Shown: positions 62,579 through 64,000 of the stretch, one piece after another
How positions within the stretch are numbered: position 1 is the first letter of the stretch
Layout: each line of letters opens with the position of its first letter
NCBI GenBank assembly: GCA_002104905.1
Contig: MCFE01000298.1
Location: 37,190-101,189, forward strand
Direction: 5' to 3'
DNA from: Basidiobolus meristosporus CBS 931.73
Taxonomy: Eukaryota > Fungi > Basidiobolomycota
Length of the DNA stretch: 64,000 nucleotides
Translations under genes and position numbers: made by a program
The notes under the pieces: model-generated
Seen by the model: only the letters and a program-made list of their open reading frames with translations
Told to the model about the DNA's origin: nothing
Databases searched by the model: none

Positions 62579-64000
62579 CTACTGTTGTAGCTTTGATACA
62601 AGAGTGTGTAGCTGAGGGGAATTTGTAGGTAAGTTAATAAGAAGTGATGATAGTTCTTCAGTGCTCAAGACACTGTTCAGTGGGAAGGGGGGTAGCAAGA
62701 GAGGTAAGAATGACTTGTGAACAACATTAATGAGGGGAATGTGATAAGGATTGATATTCATCATAAAGGGAGTGTGCTGCTGCAGATATTGCTGCCAAAG
62801 GTCTGTCAGGTACTTCAGGTAGGCCAGCTTGGGTTTTTCTGACTGCAGAATAAATTCAGCAAACTTCTTGACTTCAGGATCTCCAAGTATAGTTCTCCAG
62901 CAGGAGTCAGGTGTAGTGTGGTGTGTTCTCTTCCAGGCCTTAATCAGTGGGTTGTTGCAGTTGTGAAGTCTGAGGTATAATCTGGTTCTAAGGTAGAGAA
63001 GTCTGATCTTATAGGGCATAAACCCAAAAGCACCAAGAATAGCATGTCTGTAGGGGCATTCAGGCAAATGAGGCACCAAGGAGGTAATGCACCATACTGC
63101 AAACTTGTCAAGCTTAGTGCAGTCTCTAGAAGTAAGAGAGAGAAGTGGTAAGCCAAATTCCAGGACAGGGAAGACAAACTGCTTGAGTAGAAGGAGGCAG
63201 CTGGGAGCTGAAGTTGTAGGAGGAGTAACAGCCAGTAGCTTGTGGAGTGCCTGTCTTGCCAGGATAATTCTCTTCTTCAGGTGTGCTCCAGAGTCTAGTC
63301 CAGTAGGAAGGAAAGGAAAGCCAAGATATGTAGCAGAAACCTGAGCAGGTAGAGTGGAGTTCTCCAAGTTGATGGGAGAGCCCAAAGGTACAGTCTTTGC
63401 AATGGAAAGCTGGAGATTATTCTTCTGCAGATAGTGGTGGATGGTCTGGGAGTCTTGTTGCACATTGGAGGAGGATATTCTGATGTCATCAGCAAAGAGA
63501 GTAACCAGGCAGTCAGCTGAGAGTCTTGGGAAATCATTCAGGAAGATGGCAAACAGTATAGGACCAAGCACAGAGCCTTGAACCACTCCATTAGGAACTG
63601 AGAACACAGCTGATTGCTCACTTGGGTGCAGAATTCTTGCATGTGGATCCAGAAACAGAGATCTGACAAGGAGGGTGAGAGAGGTACTGGAGAAGCATTG
63701 CAACTTGGACCAAAGCAGATTTCTGTCAACTGAATCAAAGGCCTTAGTAATATCAAACAGAACAGAGGGATACTTGCACTGGAGAGAGTGATCTTGGCTA
63801 AGTATGACTGCATATTCCAAGGAAAGGCCAGGAACAAAGCCAAACTGTGCAGGATGAAACTTGAGGGAGTCAGAGTAGAGCTCCTGAGCAAGCAGAAGCT
63901 CAAACACCTTTCTGCAGGTGGGCAGCAGAGATATTGGCCTGTAGGAGCTAGGATCCAGGTGCTTTCCTTTACCCTTGTACAGTGGCAGAACATTTGCAAA
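62579..64000 (-). CDS. Non-LTR retrotransposon reverse transcriptase ORF (open beyond the window edge)
   Basis: In frame from 64000: 'FANVLPLYKGKG...SSYRPISLL...KVFE', 'QFGF', 'FDITKAFDSV', 'GVVQGSVLGPILF', 'LFADD', 'YLGF'. No stops over ~473 codons. Confidence 0.95.
   Translation of the reverse strand, partial: FANVLPLYKGKGKHLDPSSYRPISLLPTCRKVFELLLAQELYSDSLKFHPAQFGFVPGLSLEYAVILSQDHSLQCKYPSVLFDITKAFDSVDRNLLWSKLQCFSSTSLTLLVRSLFLDPHARILHPSEQSAVFSVPNGVVQGSVLGPILFAIFLNDFPRLSADCLVTLFADDIRISSSNVQQDSQTIHHYLQKNNLQLSIAKTVPLGSPINLENSTLPAQVSATYLGFPFLPTGLDSGAHLKKRIILARQALHKLLAVTPPTTSAPSCLLLLKQFVFPVLEFGLPLLSLTSRDCTKLDKFAVWCITSLVPHLPECPYRHAILGAFGFMPYKIRLLYLRTRLYLRLHNCNNPLIKAWKRTHHTTPDSCWRTILGDPEVKKFAEFILQSEKPKLAYLKYLTDLWQQYLQQHTPFMMNINPYHIPLINVVHKSFLPLLLPPFPLNSVLSTEELSSLLINLPTNSPQLHTLVSKLQQ

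Larger units (their letters stand above)
60377..64000 (-). mobile_element. Head-to-tail array of non-LTR retroelement 3' ends (LINEs and SINEs), each ending in a C-tract-TAACC tail
   Basis: Units start on + at ~60377, 60695, 60715, 61114, 61647, 61692, 62219, 62263 and 62512. Each begins (GG)TTAG-G-tract, and all but the 20-bp stub at 60695 continue ...TCACC-loop-GGTGA (GGCAA in the 61114 unit)-AATCTTTATTT. Confidence 0.9.

Overview
Eukaryotic genomic DNA. It is inferred to be from an early-diverging fungus, based on short GT-AG introns with CTAAC-type branch points and fungal-like ERG13, Rab11 and ERCC1 proteins. The window splits into two kinds of sequence. CpG-rich gene islands lie at ~18.9-42.0 kb and ~47.4-50.7 kb. 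They hold HMG-CoA synthase, Rab11, a LisH-like/WD40 protein, ERCC1/Rad10, an intronless M32 carboxypeptidase, a non-RD kinase, a uridine phosphorylase-family enzyme, a secreted Cys-rich protein, an HSL-family esterase and an MFS relic. The rest is almost CpG-free transposon sequence: decayed CACTA/tnp2 transposons, two families of ~1.1-kb solo LTRs with 4-bp TSDs, and at least seven copies of one Ty1/Copia family whose PBS matches the tRNAiMet anticodon arm. The most striking feature is the last 3.6 kb. A Copia pol breaks abruptly at 60376 and is capped by TTAGGGTTAGGG. A unidirectional head-to-tail array follows, made of non-LTR retrotransposon 3' ends from three subfamilies (one with an open RT ORF running off the window) and tRNA-headed SINEs. 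All units share a hairpin plus C-tract-TAACC 3' tail, with no poly(A) and no visible TSDs. This looks like a telomere-capping LINE/SINE system that primes from chromosome ends. Whether the window really lies at a chromosome end cannot be seen here. Coordinates were read by eye; gene models and decayed-element edges are approximate.
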